From assembly GCA_963814125.1 (NCBI GenBank), contig CAWFBR010000003.1:167864-231863 (forward strand): a stretch of 64,000 nucleotides of DNA. The letters run 5' to 3'. A model generated the notes under the pieces. It was given only the letters and a program-made list of their open reading frames with translations. It was not told the DNA's origin and searched no databases. A program made the translations under genes and the position numbers. The stretch comes from an uncultured Chloroflexia bacterium. GTDB taxonomy: Bacteria > Chloroflexota > Limnocylindria > Limnocylindrales > CSP1-4. Below, in pieces: positions 8,889-17,939 of the stretch. Positions within the stretch are counted from its first letter, which is position 1; each line of letters begins with the position of its first letter.

Positions 8889-9995
8889 GTGAGCAAGAAC
8901 GCCGACCCAACCCCAGAGAAGACTCCGAAGACACCCGCCGAGACGGACTTCCCCAGCGCTGCGGCGGCGTTCGGCGATCTTGGCAAGCGACACACCACTC
9001 GCCGTCGGCCTACGGGCGAGCCCTCGATGGCCAGCGAGACGAACTACCAGACCGCCCGTCCGACCAAGGTCGCCATCGTCGGCGTGGGGCTCGTCGGTTC
9101 GACCTTCGCCTACACGCTGCTCCTATCCGGCATCGCGTCCGAGATCGTACTGGTCGACGTGAACCACGAGCGGGCCGAGGGCGAGGCCATGGATCTCAAC
9201 CACGCGGTGCCCTTCGCCCACCCAACGAAGATCTGCGCCGGCGATTACTCGGACTGCGAGGGCGCGGCCATCACGGTCATCGCCGCGGGTGTGGGCCAGA
9301 AACCGGGCGAGACCCGCCTGGAGTTGGTCAAGCGGAATGCGGCCATCTTCGGCCAGATCGTGCCCAGGGTGGCAGAGGCAAATCCCGAGGGAATCATCGT
9401 CGTCGCCACCAACCCGGTGGACGTCTTGACGTACGTGACCATGAAACTGGCCGGGCTGCCGCCCAGACGAGTCTTCGGCTCGGGCACGATCCTCGATACG
9501 GCCCGCTTCCGCTACATGCTGAGCGAGCATCTCGGCGTAGACCCGCGCAGCGTCCACGCCTACATCATCGGCGAGCACGGCGACAGCGAGGTGCCCGTGT
9601 GGTCGCTGGCGAACGTGGCCGGGATGCGCCTGCCGACCTTCTGCGCGGAGAACGGAATACCGCTATCGGCGGACACGATGGAAGAGATCTTCCGCCAGAC
9701 CCGCGACGCCGCCTACGAGATCATCAGCCGCAAGGGCGCCACTTACTACGCCGTCGCCGCCGGCCTGATGCGAATCACGGAGGCGATTCTGCGTGATCAG
9801 AACACGGTTCTCTCCATCTCGAGCCTGGTCGAGGACTACTACGGCATCGACGGCGTCTGCCTGAGCCTGCCGACGGTCGTCAGCCGGCGCGGGATCGAAC
9901 GGGTCCTCCGCCTGGAGCTAAGCCCGCTTGAAGCTCGGGGCGTCCGCAAGTCGGCCGACGTCCTTCGCGAGACGATCCAATCGCTCGAGGCGTAG
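8889..9995 (+). CDS. ldh: L-lactate dehydrogenase
   Basis: GVGLVG, GEAMDL, QKPGETRL, ATNPVD, GTILDTARF, GEHGDS. Start is GTG 8889 (leaderless-like) or ATG 9027. Confidence 0.93.
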   Translation: MSKNADPTPEKTPKTPAETDFPSAAAAFGDLGKRHTTRRRPTGEPSMASETNYQTARPTKVAIVGVGLVGSTFAYTLLLSGIASEIVLVDVNHERAEGEAMDLNHAVPFAHPTKICAGDYSDCEGAAITVIAAGVGQKPGETRLELVKRNAAIFGQIVPRVAEANPEGIIVVATNPVDVLTYVTMKLAGLPPRRVFGSGTILDTARFRYMLSEHLGVDPRSVHAYIIGEHGDSEVPVWSLANVAGMRLPTFCAENGIPLSADTMEEIFRQTRDAAYEIISRKGATYYAVAAGLMRITEAILRDQNTVLSISSLVEDYYGIDGVCLSLPTVVSRRGIERVLRLELSPLEARGVRKSADVLRETIQSLEA

Positions 9996-10017
9996 GCGGC
10001 ACCGGCGAGGCGCGCCC

Positions 10018-10386
10018 TCAGCGCGGCAGCTGATGCTCTTCCAGAGGCGTGTCCCAATGGGCCTCGACCAGCTCGAAGCGGCGCTGTTCCTCGCGCTTTA
10101 GCTTGGCCGCGTCGGGGTACAGGCGGGCCAGGATCGCCGGGTCCGTATGCTCCTCCATGGAGGCCCAGTCCCGGTAGGTGATGGTGACCTCGAAGGTCCA
10201 GTCCTGGCGGCCATCGCCGTGGAAGCGAGGCTCGTAGGCTCGCACGTCGAGCATCCGGCCCGACTCCATCTGGGCCCGCAGCAGCGGCCAGTGGTTTCGC
10301 TCGAACAGCTCTACGAACTCTTCCTGGAATCCCCAGCGGATCTTGTAGAAGTACTGGACCGTCACGGGCTTGTGGGCGTCGCTCAT
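10018..10386 (-). CDS. Hypothetical protein, 122 aa (NIPSNAP-like dimeric barrel possible)
   Basis: GGAGGAA RBS; aromatic-rich sequence YFYKIRWG...F.ELF..NHWP. Confidence 0.75.
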   Translation of the reverse strand: MSDAHKPVTVQYFYKIRWGFQEEFVELFERNHWPLLRAQMESGRMLDVRAYEPRFHGDGRQDWTFEVTITYRDWASMEEHTDPAILARLYPDAAKLKREEQRRFELVEAHWDTPLEEHQLPR

Positions 10387-10472
10387 CCCTGAGTTCCTCC
10401 TCGTGGCCCGGCCAGGCCGGGCGCCAACCGTCTTCCTCGGACCGAGCCTGCGCATCGGCCGGCCCGGCCAGC

Positions 10473-10586
10473 CTACACGCTTCGTGCCGGCGCGGCGTAC
10501 ACGGAGGCCAGGACCGCCGCAACCGCACAGACGACCGCGCAGTGCCCGGCGGCGATCCAGCTCAGGAGCAACTGCGGGTCCTTCAT
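10473..10586 (-). CDS. 37-aa hydrophobic ORF coupled to SatD; possible remnant of a DUF3307-like partner
   Basis: ATGA overlap with the SatD stop. Translation MKDPQLLLSWIAAGHCAVVCAVAAVLASVYAAPARSV. Confidence 0.4.
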   Translation of the reverse strand: MKDPQLLLSWIAAGHCAVVCAVAAVLASVYAAPARSV

Positions 10587-11269
10587 CGGCCTGTGCCACC
10601 GTCGTCTGCGCCGGCTTCAGCTGCAACCGTCTCCGGAGTCGTCCAGTCGGCCACGCCTCCGTACGTCCTGCGCATGGCGGCCGCCAGTCGAGCGAGCGGC
10701 GTCACCTTCGCTCGCGCGAAGGAGACCGATATGGTCGCCCGACGCACCCTCAGGCGCTCGGCTACCTCGGACTGGCGCAGGCCGTCTATGAGGGCCAGGC
10801 GGGCTACGACCCTCTGCCGTGGCGTCATGCCGTAGAGCAGCTCTGCCATCGCCGGGGCCATGCCGGCAAGCAACTCATCCGCGCCTGCCCGGCCGGTCCG
10901 GATGACGAGTCGCTCGTGGCTGGTTCGAGCTTCTTCGGTCGCCGCGCGCGCGGCCAGGAAGGCCGGGCCCGTGCGCTGCGTGGCCGGACCTTCCCCTGGA
11001 TCGACGGCGCCCCTCATGCACACCCAGCGAATGGACCACGGGCCTTCGAGAAGATGGGAGTGCAAGATAGCCAGCAGAGGATCCGCCGTAGCCGCCAGTA
11101 GGCCCTGTACTTCGTCGCCCTGCGTGAACCCGAAGGGAGCCAGTTTCTGGTCTCCGTAGACAGCGTCCAGATCGGCGACCAGCGTGCGCAGCCAGGCCGT
11201 AGCCTCAACTCGAGCCTTTGTCGATCCGACAACCTCGCCGAACAGCACCCAGGCCTCAGGATCTCCCAT
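10583..11269 (-). CDS. SatD family protein (nucleotide-cyclase-like palm domain plus C-terminal HTH)
   Basis: VLFGEVVGS, FTQGDEVQG, TGPAFLAAR, and HTH TPRQR...LRQSEVAERLRVRRATIS. Start is ATG 11269 or TTG 11305. Confidence 0.8.
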   Translation of the reverse strand: MGDPEAWVLFGEVVGSTKARVEATAWLRTLVADLDAVYGDQKLAPFGFTQGDEVQGLLAATADPLLAILHSHLLEGPWSIRWVCMRGAVDPGEGPATQRTGPAFLAARAATEEARTSHERLVIRTGRAGADELLAGMAPAMAELLYGMTPRQRVVARLALIDGLRQSEVAERLRVRRATISVSFARAKVTPLARLAAAMRRTYGGVADWTTPETVAAEAGADDGGTGR

Positions 11270-11369
11270 GCCCAGCAGGCTAGCAGCGCCGGTGATAGCC
11301 GTCAACGACTAACTTGGCCATTAGTAGCCACTTACGGCTATCGTTGGCCAGGTTAGCCGCACACGGCTG
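11267..11369. repeat. 29-bp periodic array of TAGCC-N6-GGCTA palindromes
   Basis: Boxes at 11296, 11325 and 11354, plus a half box at 11267. The two central spacers both contain TTGGCCA. Confidence 0.8.
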
Positions 11370-11499
11370 CTGCCTCTTCCTTCCGTCTTCGGTCTTCAGC
11401 CCCCAGCCAGCCCGCCAAAGCACCGAAGACCTCGTCGCGGCGCGTGGGCGAGACGAAGCTCGCAGGCTCAGCGGTCCCGCGAGCGGCTATCCTGAAACG

Positions 11500-12396
11500 G
11501 TGACGGCCGAAACCCGCGCTCCGGGCCAGCCCGGCGCCTCTCCAAACCCCTCTATCCCGCTCAACCCCGGAAGGCGCGATCTGGGGATGCGGGCTACGCT
11601 CGTGTTCCCGACTCGAGAGATCGTCGAGCGCTACTACGTCCCTCTCATCTACACCGCCTGCCGGACGTGCTATTCGGAACTGGCGCCGGACGACATATTC
11701 GAGCGCGCGGTCGACGGCAGGATCCCGGCGGCGAAGCAGCGCGAGCTGATCGGCCGAGTGATCGAATCCGGACACGGCTCGACCATCGAGCACGTGGTCT
11801 TCACCTTCGCCATCACAGGCGTCAGCCGCACGCTCAGCCACCAGCTGGTACGCCATCGGGCCGGCGTGGCCTTCGACCAGCAGAGCCAGCGCTACGTTTC
11901 ATACAAGAAGGGCGCCTCGACGATGATGCCCGGCACGATAGCCGAGGCGGATCCGGATCTGCTGGCCAGGTACGAAGACCAGGTCGAGGGTTCGCTCGAG
12001 CTGTACTCGGACCTGGTGGAGGCCGGGATCCCGGGCGAAGACGCCCGATTTGTCTTCCCCAACGCGACTCGCACGAACCTGGTCATGACGGCCAACCTGC
12101 GGGCCCTGATCCACATGTCCGGGCTCCGCCTGTGCACCATGGCCCAGTGGGAGATCCGCCGGCTGTTCCAGCTGATACGCCACGAGGTCTTCACGGTCAG
12201 CCCCTTCCTCGGGAGCTTCCTGGCCCCCAAGTGCGTTCCCCTCGGCTACTGCGACGAGGCGGGCAACCGGGACGAGCATTGCCCCATAAGGCCGCACAAG
12301 GACAGGGTCCTTGAGGCCTGGGCCGAGCAGGCCAAACGCCGAGGGGTCGGATCGCCGCGAGCCACCACGCCCGCCGGAGAAGCGCCCGCCGACTGA
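11500..12396 (+). CDS. thyX: FAD-dependent thymidylate synthase
   Basis: GHGSTIEH, SRTLSHQLVRHR, QQSQRY, EDARFVFP, AQWEIR. Start is GTG 11500 (after TATCCT) or ATG 11587. Confidence 0.93.
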   Translation: MTAETRAPGQPGASPNPSIPLNPGRRDLGMRATLVFPTREIVERYYVPLIYTACRTCYSELAPDDIFERAVDGRIPAAKQRELIGRVIESGHGSTIEHVVFTFAITGVSRTLSHQLVRHRAGVAFDQQSQRYVSYKKGASTMMPGTIAEADPDLLARYEDQVEGSLELYSDLVEAGIPGEDARFVFPNATRTNLVMTANLRALIHMSGLRLCTMAQWEIRRLFQLIRHEVFTVSPFLGSFLAPKCVPLGYCDEAGNRDEHCPIRPHKDRVLEAWAEQAKRRGVGSPRATTPAGEAPAD

Positions 12397-12639
12397 CCCT
12401 CCAGGGGCCCGGGTGCGGTACCGATGGGCGACGGCCCTGGTACGTTCGGCGCAGGGGTGACCTCCGGTACGCGGGCCATGATCAAGCGGTAAGCGTTCCG
12501 CGCAGTCCGTCTCGGGCCCGCGTCCATGACTTTGCGGTGCTCCGGGTTTCGGCAGGCATGCTCACAAGTAGCCGAGCGCAGGGCGGCAACGGCCTGAGGC
12601 GCTTGCGAACGCGCTGCACCGGACGTAACGGAGACGATC

Positions 12640-13284
12640 GTGAACAATGCGTCCGCGGGTCGCCCGAAGCAGTTTCTGGCAGATCTCACTCAGGCGATGC
12701 GTTCGACCGCCGACGCGGAACGGCTCGCGTCTATCGATCGGTGCCAGGCAAAAGCGAAGGCGTACATCGAGCACCTGAATTCCCAAACGAACGCCGATGC
12801 GGCCTCTATGCAGCAGGCCGCCGTCGCGGAAATCACCGCTGCTCGCGAGGAGTCGAGATCCAGGATCGAAAGAGCCCGCAGGGACACCGAGCGACGGATC
12901 TCTCAGCGCCAGGAACTCCTGGAGCAGGAGCTACGGGAATGCTCTGCCGCCGTCGAAGGCGAGATCGAGCGCGTCCAGCAGTGTGTCCAGGACTACGAGG
13001 CGGACCTCGCGCGGTCGTTCAAACAGCTCCTGGAGATCACCGACCCCACGGACTACGCCAACCTGGCTGCGGAGATGCCCGGACCCCCGACGTTTGTCGA
13101 ACCCGACCCCGCCGCGCTGATCCGAGAGCTTCGCCTCCGTCTCGAGCAGCCCACGCCCGCGGAGTCCGAGCCCGCATCGGGCCCCGAGGGAGACGCGGCG
13201 TTACCGGACCACTGGTGGTTGGACTCCCCCGCAAGCCTGGGGCCAAGGACTCTCCCGTCTCCAGATCGAGGCAGGCCCGGGTAA
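12640..13284 (+). CDS. Coiled-coil hypothetical protein (paralog of the next gene)
   Basis: GGAGA RBS plus GTG; long A/E/R-rich helix; alignable by eye to 13619-14536. Confidence 0.8.
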   Translation: MNNASAGRPKQFLADLTQAMRSTADAERLASIDRCQAKAKAYIEHLNSQTNADAASMQQAAVAEITAAREESRSRIERARRDTERRISQRQELLEQELRECSAAVEGEIERVQQCVQDYEADLARSFKQLLEITDPTDYANLAAEMPGPPTFVEPDPAALIRELRLRLEQPTPAESEPASGPEGDAALPDHWWLDSPASLGPRTLPSPDRGRPG

Positions 13285-13618
13285 GTCGTTTGGGGCGCGG
13301 CGGCCTCGAGCCGCCTAACTGGACCGTCAACATCGCCTCGTTCCGCGCAAGAACGCATTCCCTGCCGGTCCGCGCCCGAATCGGGCGGTACGGAAGGGCC
13401 GTTAGTCCTGGTACCTCCAGCGGGGTGCCCGTCCGCAACGCGCGGCCCATGATCGAACCGACAAAATGGGCTCGCGATGCTGGCCTGAGACCGGCGAATA
13501 TCGGTCCGCACTCTCAGGCGCGACGCAGTAGCCTAATATGTCCATCGGGTCGCAGCCAAATCGGGACCTCTCCGGCGCCCGGCCGGGGCCCGAAGAATTC
13601 AATTACTGGGAGATGAGC

Positions 13619-14536
13619 GTGAACGAGACGGCCGCGCGTCACCCGAACCGTTTCCTGGCCGACCTCATCTTGACGATGCGTTCGACCGCCGAGACGGCCC
13701 GGCAGGGGACGATCGAGCAGTGCCAGGCAGACGCCAAGGCGTACACAGAGAGACTCCACGCGCGGACGGACGACGAGGCCGCATCGCTGAGGAAGGCCGC
13801 CGAGGCCGACGTGAGCGCCATCCGGGATTGGTCCAAGGCCGAGATGGAGCGCATTCGCGTGGAGACCGAACAGCGCATCTCGCGCCGCCGAGAGCTCCTC
13901 GAGCAAGAACTCCAGGAATACAACTCGGCCATCGAACTCGAGATCGAACGCGTTCAGAAGCGTGTCTCGAGCTTCGAACAAGAGGTGGCGCAGTTCTTCG
14001 AGCAGCTTCAGAACGAAAGTGACCCGACCGTCTTCGCGAGCATGGCCGCCCAGATGCCGGATCCTCCGGAGTTCGCCGATTCCGATCGCGCCAGCATCGC
14101 GGACGATCTGCGTGCTCGCCGCGAGCAAATCGTCCGGCCCGCGGCTGCTGGCAAGGCCGCGACTGACGGAGAGCAGACTGCCGAGGCAGGGCCTGTGCCC
14201 GAGCTCGGCGATGAGGCCGTCGATGCCCGGCTGGCCGGCGCTCGCGGAGCGGCGGCGAAGCCGGCGCCTGTCGAGTCGACGCAGGTCGTGGTCGTCGGAC
14301 TCGTCAGCGTCGCCAGCATCGCCACGTTCAAGCGCCAGCTCGGCCGCTTGCCGGGAGTGAAGAACGTCGGCGTCTCCTCCGGCCCGGACGGCGAATTCAT
14401 CTTCACCGTCGGTCACGGCACGGACACGTCGCTGAACCAGCTCATCCCCACTCTGCCCGCATTCCAGGCGCGTGTCGTCAGCGAGCGCGAAGGGGTGTTG
14501 AATGTCTCCGCGCACGACCCGGAGGCTGAGGGCTAG
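13619..14536 (+). CDS. Coiled-coil protein with C-terminal small alpha/beta domain
   Basis: GGGAGA RBS plus GTG; FLADL..MRSTA N-terminus; C-terminal TQVVVVGL...FKRQLGRLPGVKNV. Confidence 0.82.
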   Translation: MNETAARHPNRFLADLILTMRSTAETARQGTIEQCQADAKAYTERLHARTDDEAASLRKAAEADVSAIRDWSKAEMERIRVETEQRISRRRELLEQELQEYNSAIELEIERVQKRVSSFEQEVAQFFEQLQNESDPTVFASMAAQMPDPPEFADSDRASIADDLRARREQIVRPAAAGKAATDGEQTAEAGPVPELGDEAVDARLAGARGAAAKPAPVESTQVVVVGLVSVASIATFKRQLGRLPGVKNVGVSSGPDGEFIFTVGHGTDTSLNQLIPTLPAFQARVVSEREGVLNVSAHDPEAEG

Positions 14537-14578
14537 ACTTCACGAACCGGTTTTCGCGCCGCAGGAGACCACGCCACC

Positions 14579-15832
14579 TTGTCTCGGCCAGCTGTCGCCA
14601 TTGCTCTACCTCAGTCCGAGCTTGTCGCCGTCAGCGCTCAGCTTGCTGAGGCTGGCTACGAGCCGATCGCGGTCGAGACGGCCGACGAGCTCGAAGAGCT
14701 GCTCGGCAAGCGAAGCGACATCGGCGTAGCCATCCTCGACGGCGAGAACGACTTCGATCGCACGCTCGAGATGTACGCGATGCTCCACGACGAGGATCGC
14801 AACATTCCGGCCCTGATGGTCGTTGCCGCCCGTGCCCTGGACCGGATGAGTCTTGCCGGACGATCCCGCGTCAATGACGAGTACTTCACTCGCCCCTACT
14901 CGGCCGAGTCACTCCGCTGGCGAGTCGAGGCGATGCTCATCCGCGCCGAGATCCAGATCGACGAACCCGGAGGCGCGATCATCGAGACGGACTCGCAGAT
15001 CGAGACCGCCGCCGAGACTCGCCGCGGCCAGATAGTCATCGTCTTCAATCCCAAGGGCGGCGTGGGCAAGACGACGATCGCCGTCAACGTGGCGGCGCTG
15101 CTTCAGGTCCGCAAAGGTCAGCGCGTCCTTCTCGTGGACTGCGACACCGTCACCGGCCACGTGGCATCCTCGCTCGGCATGGAGAACGTTCGGACCGTGG
15201 CGGACGCCTGGACCGAGGATCTCGACACCGGCGCCGCCGAGCCGTTCAGCGAGATCGCCTCCACTCATCAGAACGGCGTCTCCGTGCTGGTCATGGCGGA
15301 GTCTCCCCTTCACACGGAAATCCTCGATCCCAAGCGCGTCGCCGAGTCGATAACTACGGCCTGCCGCGTCTACGACTGGGTCATCGTCGACATGCACCCG
15401 GACTACGGGCCGCTCAACCAGGTCATCTTCGAGAGAGCGGACAAGATCATCGTTCCGGTCACTCCGGATGTGCCCGCCATCCGCGCCGCGGTCCAATTCC
15501 GCGAAGTCGCCGTCGAACTGGAGATCCGCGAGCGCCTGGCGATGGTCGTGAACCGCGCCAATAGCGGCGTCTCCGTGGCCGACATGGAGCGAACTGTCGG
15601 GATGCCGGCGCTGGCGGAAGTGAGGTCGGCCGGGATGCTCTTCGTTCGGGCGGCCAACGAGGGTCGCTCTGCCGTGGAGCGCTTCCCGAAAGAGAAGGTC
15701 ATCGAGGACATCGAGAACCTGTGCGACCGAATGATGGCGACGCGCGAGTCCGGCGCGGCCAAGTCCGGGAGCGGGTTTATGGGCATCTTCGGCGGGGGAC
15801 GGAACACCAATCCCTCAGTGCGGGCCTCGTAG
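14579..15832 (+). CDS. Receiver-domain MinD/ParA (CpaE-like) ATPase
   Basis: N-terminal REC-like domain (VAILDG, EYFTRPY), deviant Walker A KGGVGKTT, LLVDCD, VIVDM, VVNR. Confidence 0.87.
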   Translation: MSRPAVAIALPQSELVAVSAQLAEAGYEPIAVETADELEELLGKRSDIGVAILDGENDFDRTLEMYAMLHDEDRNIPALMVVAARALDRMSLAGRSRVNDEYFTRPYSAESLRWRVEAMLIRAEIQIDEPGGAIIETDSQIETAAETRRGQIVIVFNPKGGVGKTTIAVNVAALLQVRKGQRVLLVDCDTVTGHVASSLGMENVRTVADAWTEDLDTGAAEPFSEIASTHQNGVSVLVMAESPLHTEILDPKRVAESITTACRVYDWVIVDMHPDYGPLNQVIFERADKIIVPVTPDVPAIRAAVQFREVAVELEIRERLAMVVNRANSGVSVADMERTVGMPALAEVRSAGMLFVRAANEGRSAVERFPKEKVIEDIENLCDRMMATRESGAAKSGSGFMGIFGGGRNTNPSVRAS

Positions 15833-16813
15833 GCGCGACTTCGATCTGACCGGTCCGGGAGACGCTCCTCCCGACTCGGTCGCCCCAGGCCCATCCTCGG
15901 ATGGCCGGGCACCGGACCAGGTGAGGATTACCCCGGTCGGCATCTCGATTCCGTTGGCCTGGAAGGCTAGCAGCAGACGCCTTCGGAACTCGCCGGCCGT
16001 CGACCATTGCGCGGCGGCGCGGACCCTGCCCAGGACCAGGAAGGTGATGCCCCGGTCACCCAGTTCGTTGATCCGCTCCACATGGGGCGCCTCCAGGATC
16101 TGCGCCTCGAGCTCGGGATCTGCCGCCATCTCCCGACCAACGAGGTCGATGACCTGGCGAGCTTTGTCCACATCGGTGCCGTAAACGACCTGCACCTGCT
16201 CGTTGACGCGGGACCAGGCACGGGTCAGGTTGGCGGCGATCGAAATCTGGCCGTTAGGGATTGTGTGGAGCGTGCCGTCCAGATCGCGCACGGTCGTGCG
16301 GCGCAGCGTGAAATCCTCCACGACTCCGCCGACCCCGGCGACATTCACGACGTCGCCTATGGCGTACTGGTTCTCGATCATGATGAGGGCGCCGTTCAGG
16401 TAGTCGCGGACAAGGCTCTGGGTACCCAAACCGACGGCTATGCCGGCCACGCCCAGGCCGGCTATGGCCGGCCCGATGTCCAGTGTGAAGACCCGCTCCA
16501 GCAACATCAGTCCCGCGATCACGACGACGAAGAAGCGGACGACGTTCACGACCAGTGCTTCGATCGTGTCTTCGCGCTTCTTCAGTTCGGCCGCGGTGAG
16601 ATCCCGCGCCGTCCCCTCCAGGCTCTCGCGTGCCAGCAGAGCCCGGATAGCGCCTCGGACGAAGACGTGAGTCAAACGGACGAGGATCCATCCGGCTATC
16701 AGGATGGCCAGGACGGCCGCTGCCGTGGCGGCCGGGTCGCCCAGGCCACCCAGGTCCACTCGTTCCCCGTTTGGCAATGTGACCACCGGGCCGAAGGCGT
16801 AGAAGAGGTGCAT
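15815..16813 (-). CDS. mscS: Small-conductance mechanosensitive channel (MscS family)
   Basis: AGLGVAGIAVGLGTQSLVRD, ENQYAIGD, LRRTTVRDLDG, IPNG. Confidence 0.88.
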   Translation of the reverse strand: MHLFYAFGPVVTLPNGERVDLGGLGDPAATAAAVLAILIAGWILVRLTHVFVRGAIRALLARESLEGTARDLTAAELKKREDTIEALVVNVVRFFVVVIAGLMLLERVFTLDIGPAIAGLGVAGIAVGLGTQSLVRDYLNGALIMIENQYAIGDVVNVAGVGGVVEDFTLRRTTVRDLDGTLHTIPNGQISIAANLTRAWSRVNEQVQVVYGTDVDKARQVIDLVGREMAADPELEAQILEAPHVERINELGDRGITFLVLGRVRAAAQWSTAGEFRRRLLLAFQANGIEMPTGVILTWSGARPSEDGPGATESGGASPGPVRSKSRLRGPH

Positions 16814-16858
16814 GGCAGTAGCCTAGCGTCGCGGGGAGGTCGTCGCTGAGACAAAGGG

Positions 16859-16890
16859 GCGGCCCCTCGGGAGGGGGACCGAGGGGCCGC
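16859..16890 (-). terminator. Intrinsic terminator-like hairpin after iclR
   Basis: Perfect 12-bp stem GCGGCCCCTCGG / CCGAGGGGCCGC with an 8-nt loop, followed by CCCTTTGT on the minus strand. Confidence 0.65.
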
Positions 16891-16935
16891 GGGGGGTCGC
16901 TTATGTAGTTGCCGACTTGCCCAACGGGCCGGCGC

Positions 16936-17706
16936 TCAGAGCGAGGCCACCACGCCCCCGATGCGGTCGGTGATAACGGCCGCGACCTCGCGAGCGTGAT
17001 CCACGAGCTCGGGCACCCGGCTCGGCGTGATCCTGTTTCCCGAGGCGCGAACTTCGAGGGTGGCCACGACCGCCGCGCGCTGGTCGAAGACCGGAACCGC
17101 GACGGCGTTAACGGACGGCTCGTGCTCGCCGAAAGCCGTGGCGAAGCCGCGCTTGCGAACCCGAGCGAGCTCCTCGAGCAGGAGGTCCACCCGAACGATC
17201 GTGTGCGAGGTGTAGGGCGTGAAGCCGATCTTCGAGAGGCGGATGACCTCCCGTTCCGGCTGGCTGGCGAGAAGAACCTTGCCCGGAGCCGTCGCGTGAA
17301 GCGGCGAGTTGCGGCCGGTTCGGTCGCGGCCCATTCCGGAGGCGTCCGAATAGGCGATCGTGAGAACGCTGTCGCCCTCGAGAACCTCGAGCGTAGTGGT
17401 CTCGTGGATCGACCTGGCGAGGGCTTCGAGCTCGGACATTGCGATCGACCGCAGGTCCAGAGACTTCTCGGCATGGCCCCCGAGGCGGACGACCGCCAGC
17501 CCGAGTCGGTACTTCCCAGAGTCGTCGTCCTGTTCCACCAGGCCGCGCTTCTGCAGAGTGGCAAGCAACCGCGAGGCGGTCGACTTATGGAGTCCGAGGC
17601 GGCGCGCCAACTCGGTGACTCCTGCCTCTCCTTGCGTCTCCCCCAGAGCAATTAGGAGCGACGCAGCACGGTCGACCGACCGAACCGCATTCCCGTCGAG
17701 CATCAT
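16936..17706 (-). CDS. IclR family transcriptional regulator
   Basis: RSVDRA, GVTELARRLGLHKSTASRLL, PLHATAPGKVLLA, RKRGFA. Confidence 0.92.
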   Translation of the reverse strand: MMLDGNAVRSVDRAASLLIALGETQGEAGVTELARRLGLHKSTASRLLATLQKRGLVEQDDDSGKYRLGLAVVRLGGHAEKSLDLRSIAMSELEALARSIHETTTLEVLEGDSVLTIAYSDASGMGRDRTGRNSPLHATAPGKVLLASQPEREVIRLSKIGFTPYTSHTIVRVDLLLEELARVRKRGFATAFGEHEPSVNAVAVPVFDQRAAVVATLEVRASGNRITPSRVPELVDHAREVAAVITDRIGGVVASL

Positions 17707-17909
17707 CTTCTCCTAGCGGGCGCCTCGCGATTGTCCTCGTAGCTTCAGAAATGCACACGTCACTCCGCGCCCGAACCGAAGCAACGGTCTGTGTTGTTGT
17801 TGCAGCCACCGGGCCGCGAGACGCCGGTTTGCCTTCCGGCCTACCTTCCTGGGTCGGCATTCCGGTAGGAGCAGCCCTTTACGTCCCGGGCAACGCAACG
17901 TCTAGTTGA

Positions 17910-17939
17910 ATGTTGACGTAGTTGGTATGGATTTGTCAA
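17910..17939 (-). promoter_or_regulatory. Sigma70-like promoter for iclR
   Basis: TTGACA-N18-CAACAT in a locally AT-rich patch. Confidence 0.5.

Noticed and set aside
11267-11369. 29-bp repeats as a mini-CRISPR array
   Set aside because: The whole period is only 29 bp, the repeats are degenerate, the spacers are similar to each other, and there are no cas genes.
15815-15832. 18-bp convergent overlap of the ATPase and mscS 3' ends
   Set aside because: Short tail-to-tail overlaps are common in compact high-GC genomes, and there is no further signal.
8735-17899. 13-bp match CGGGCAACGCAAC at 8735 and 17887
   Set aside because: Matches of this length are expected by chance in 64 kb of GC-rich DNA.
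17800-17900. c-di-GMP-I riboswitch fragments (GGCAAACC, GGGACGTAAAG) in the iclR leader
   Set aside because: The elements occur in the wrong order and there is no GNRA-capped P2 stem.
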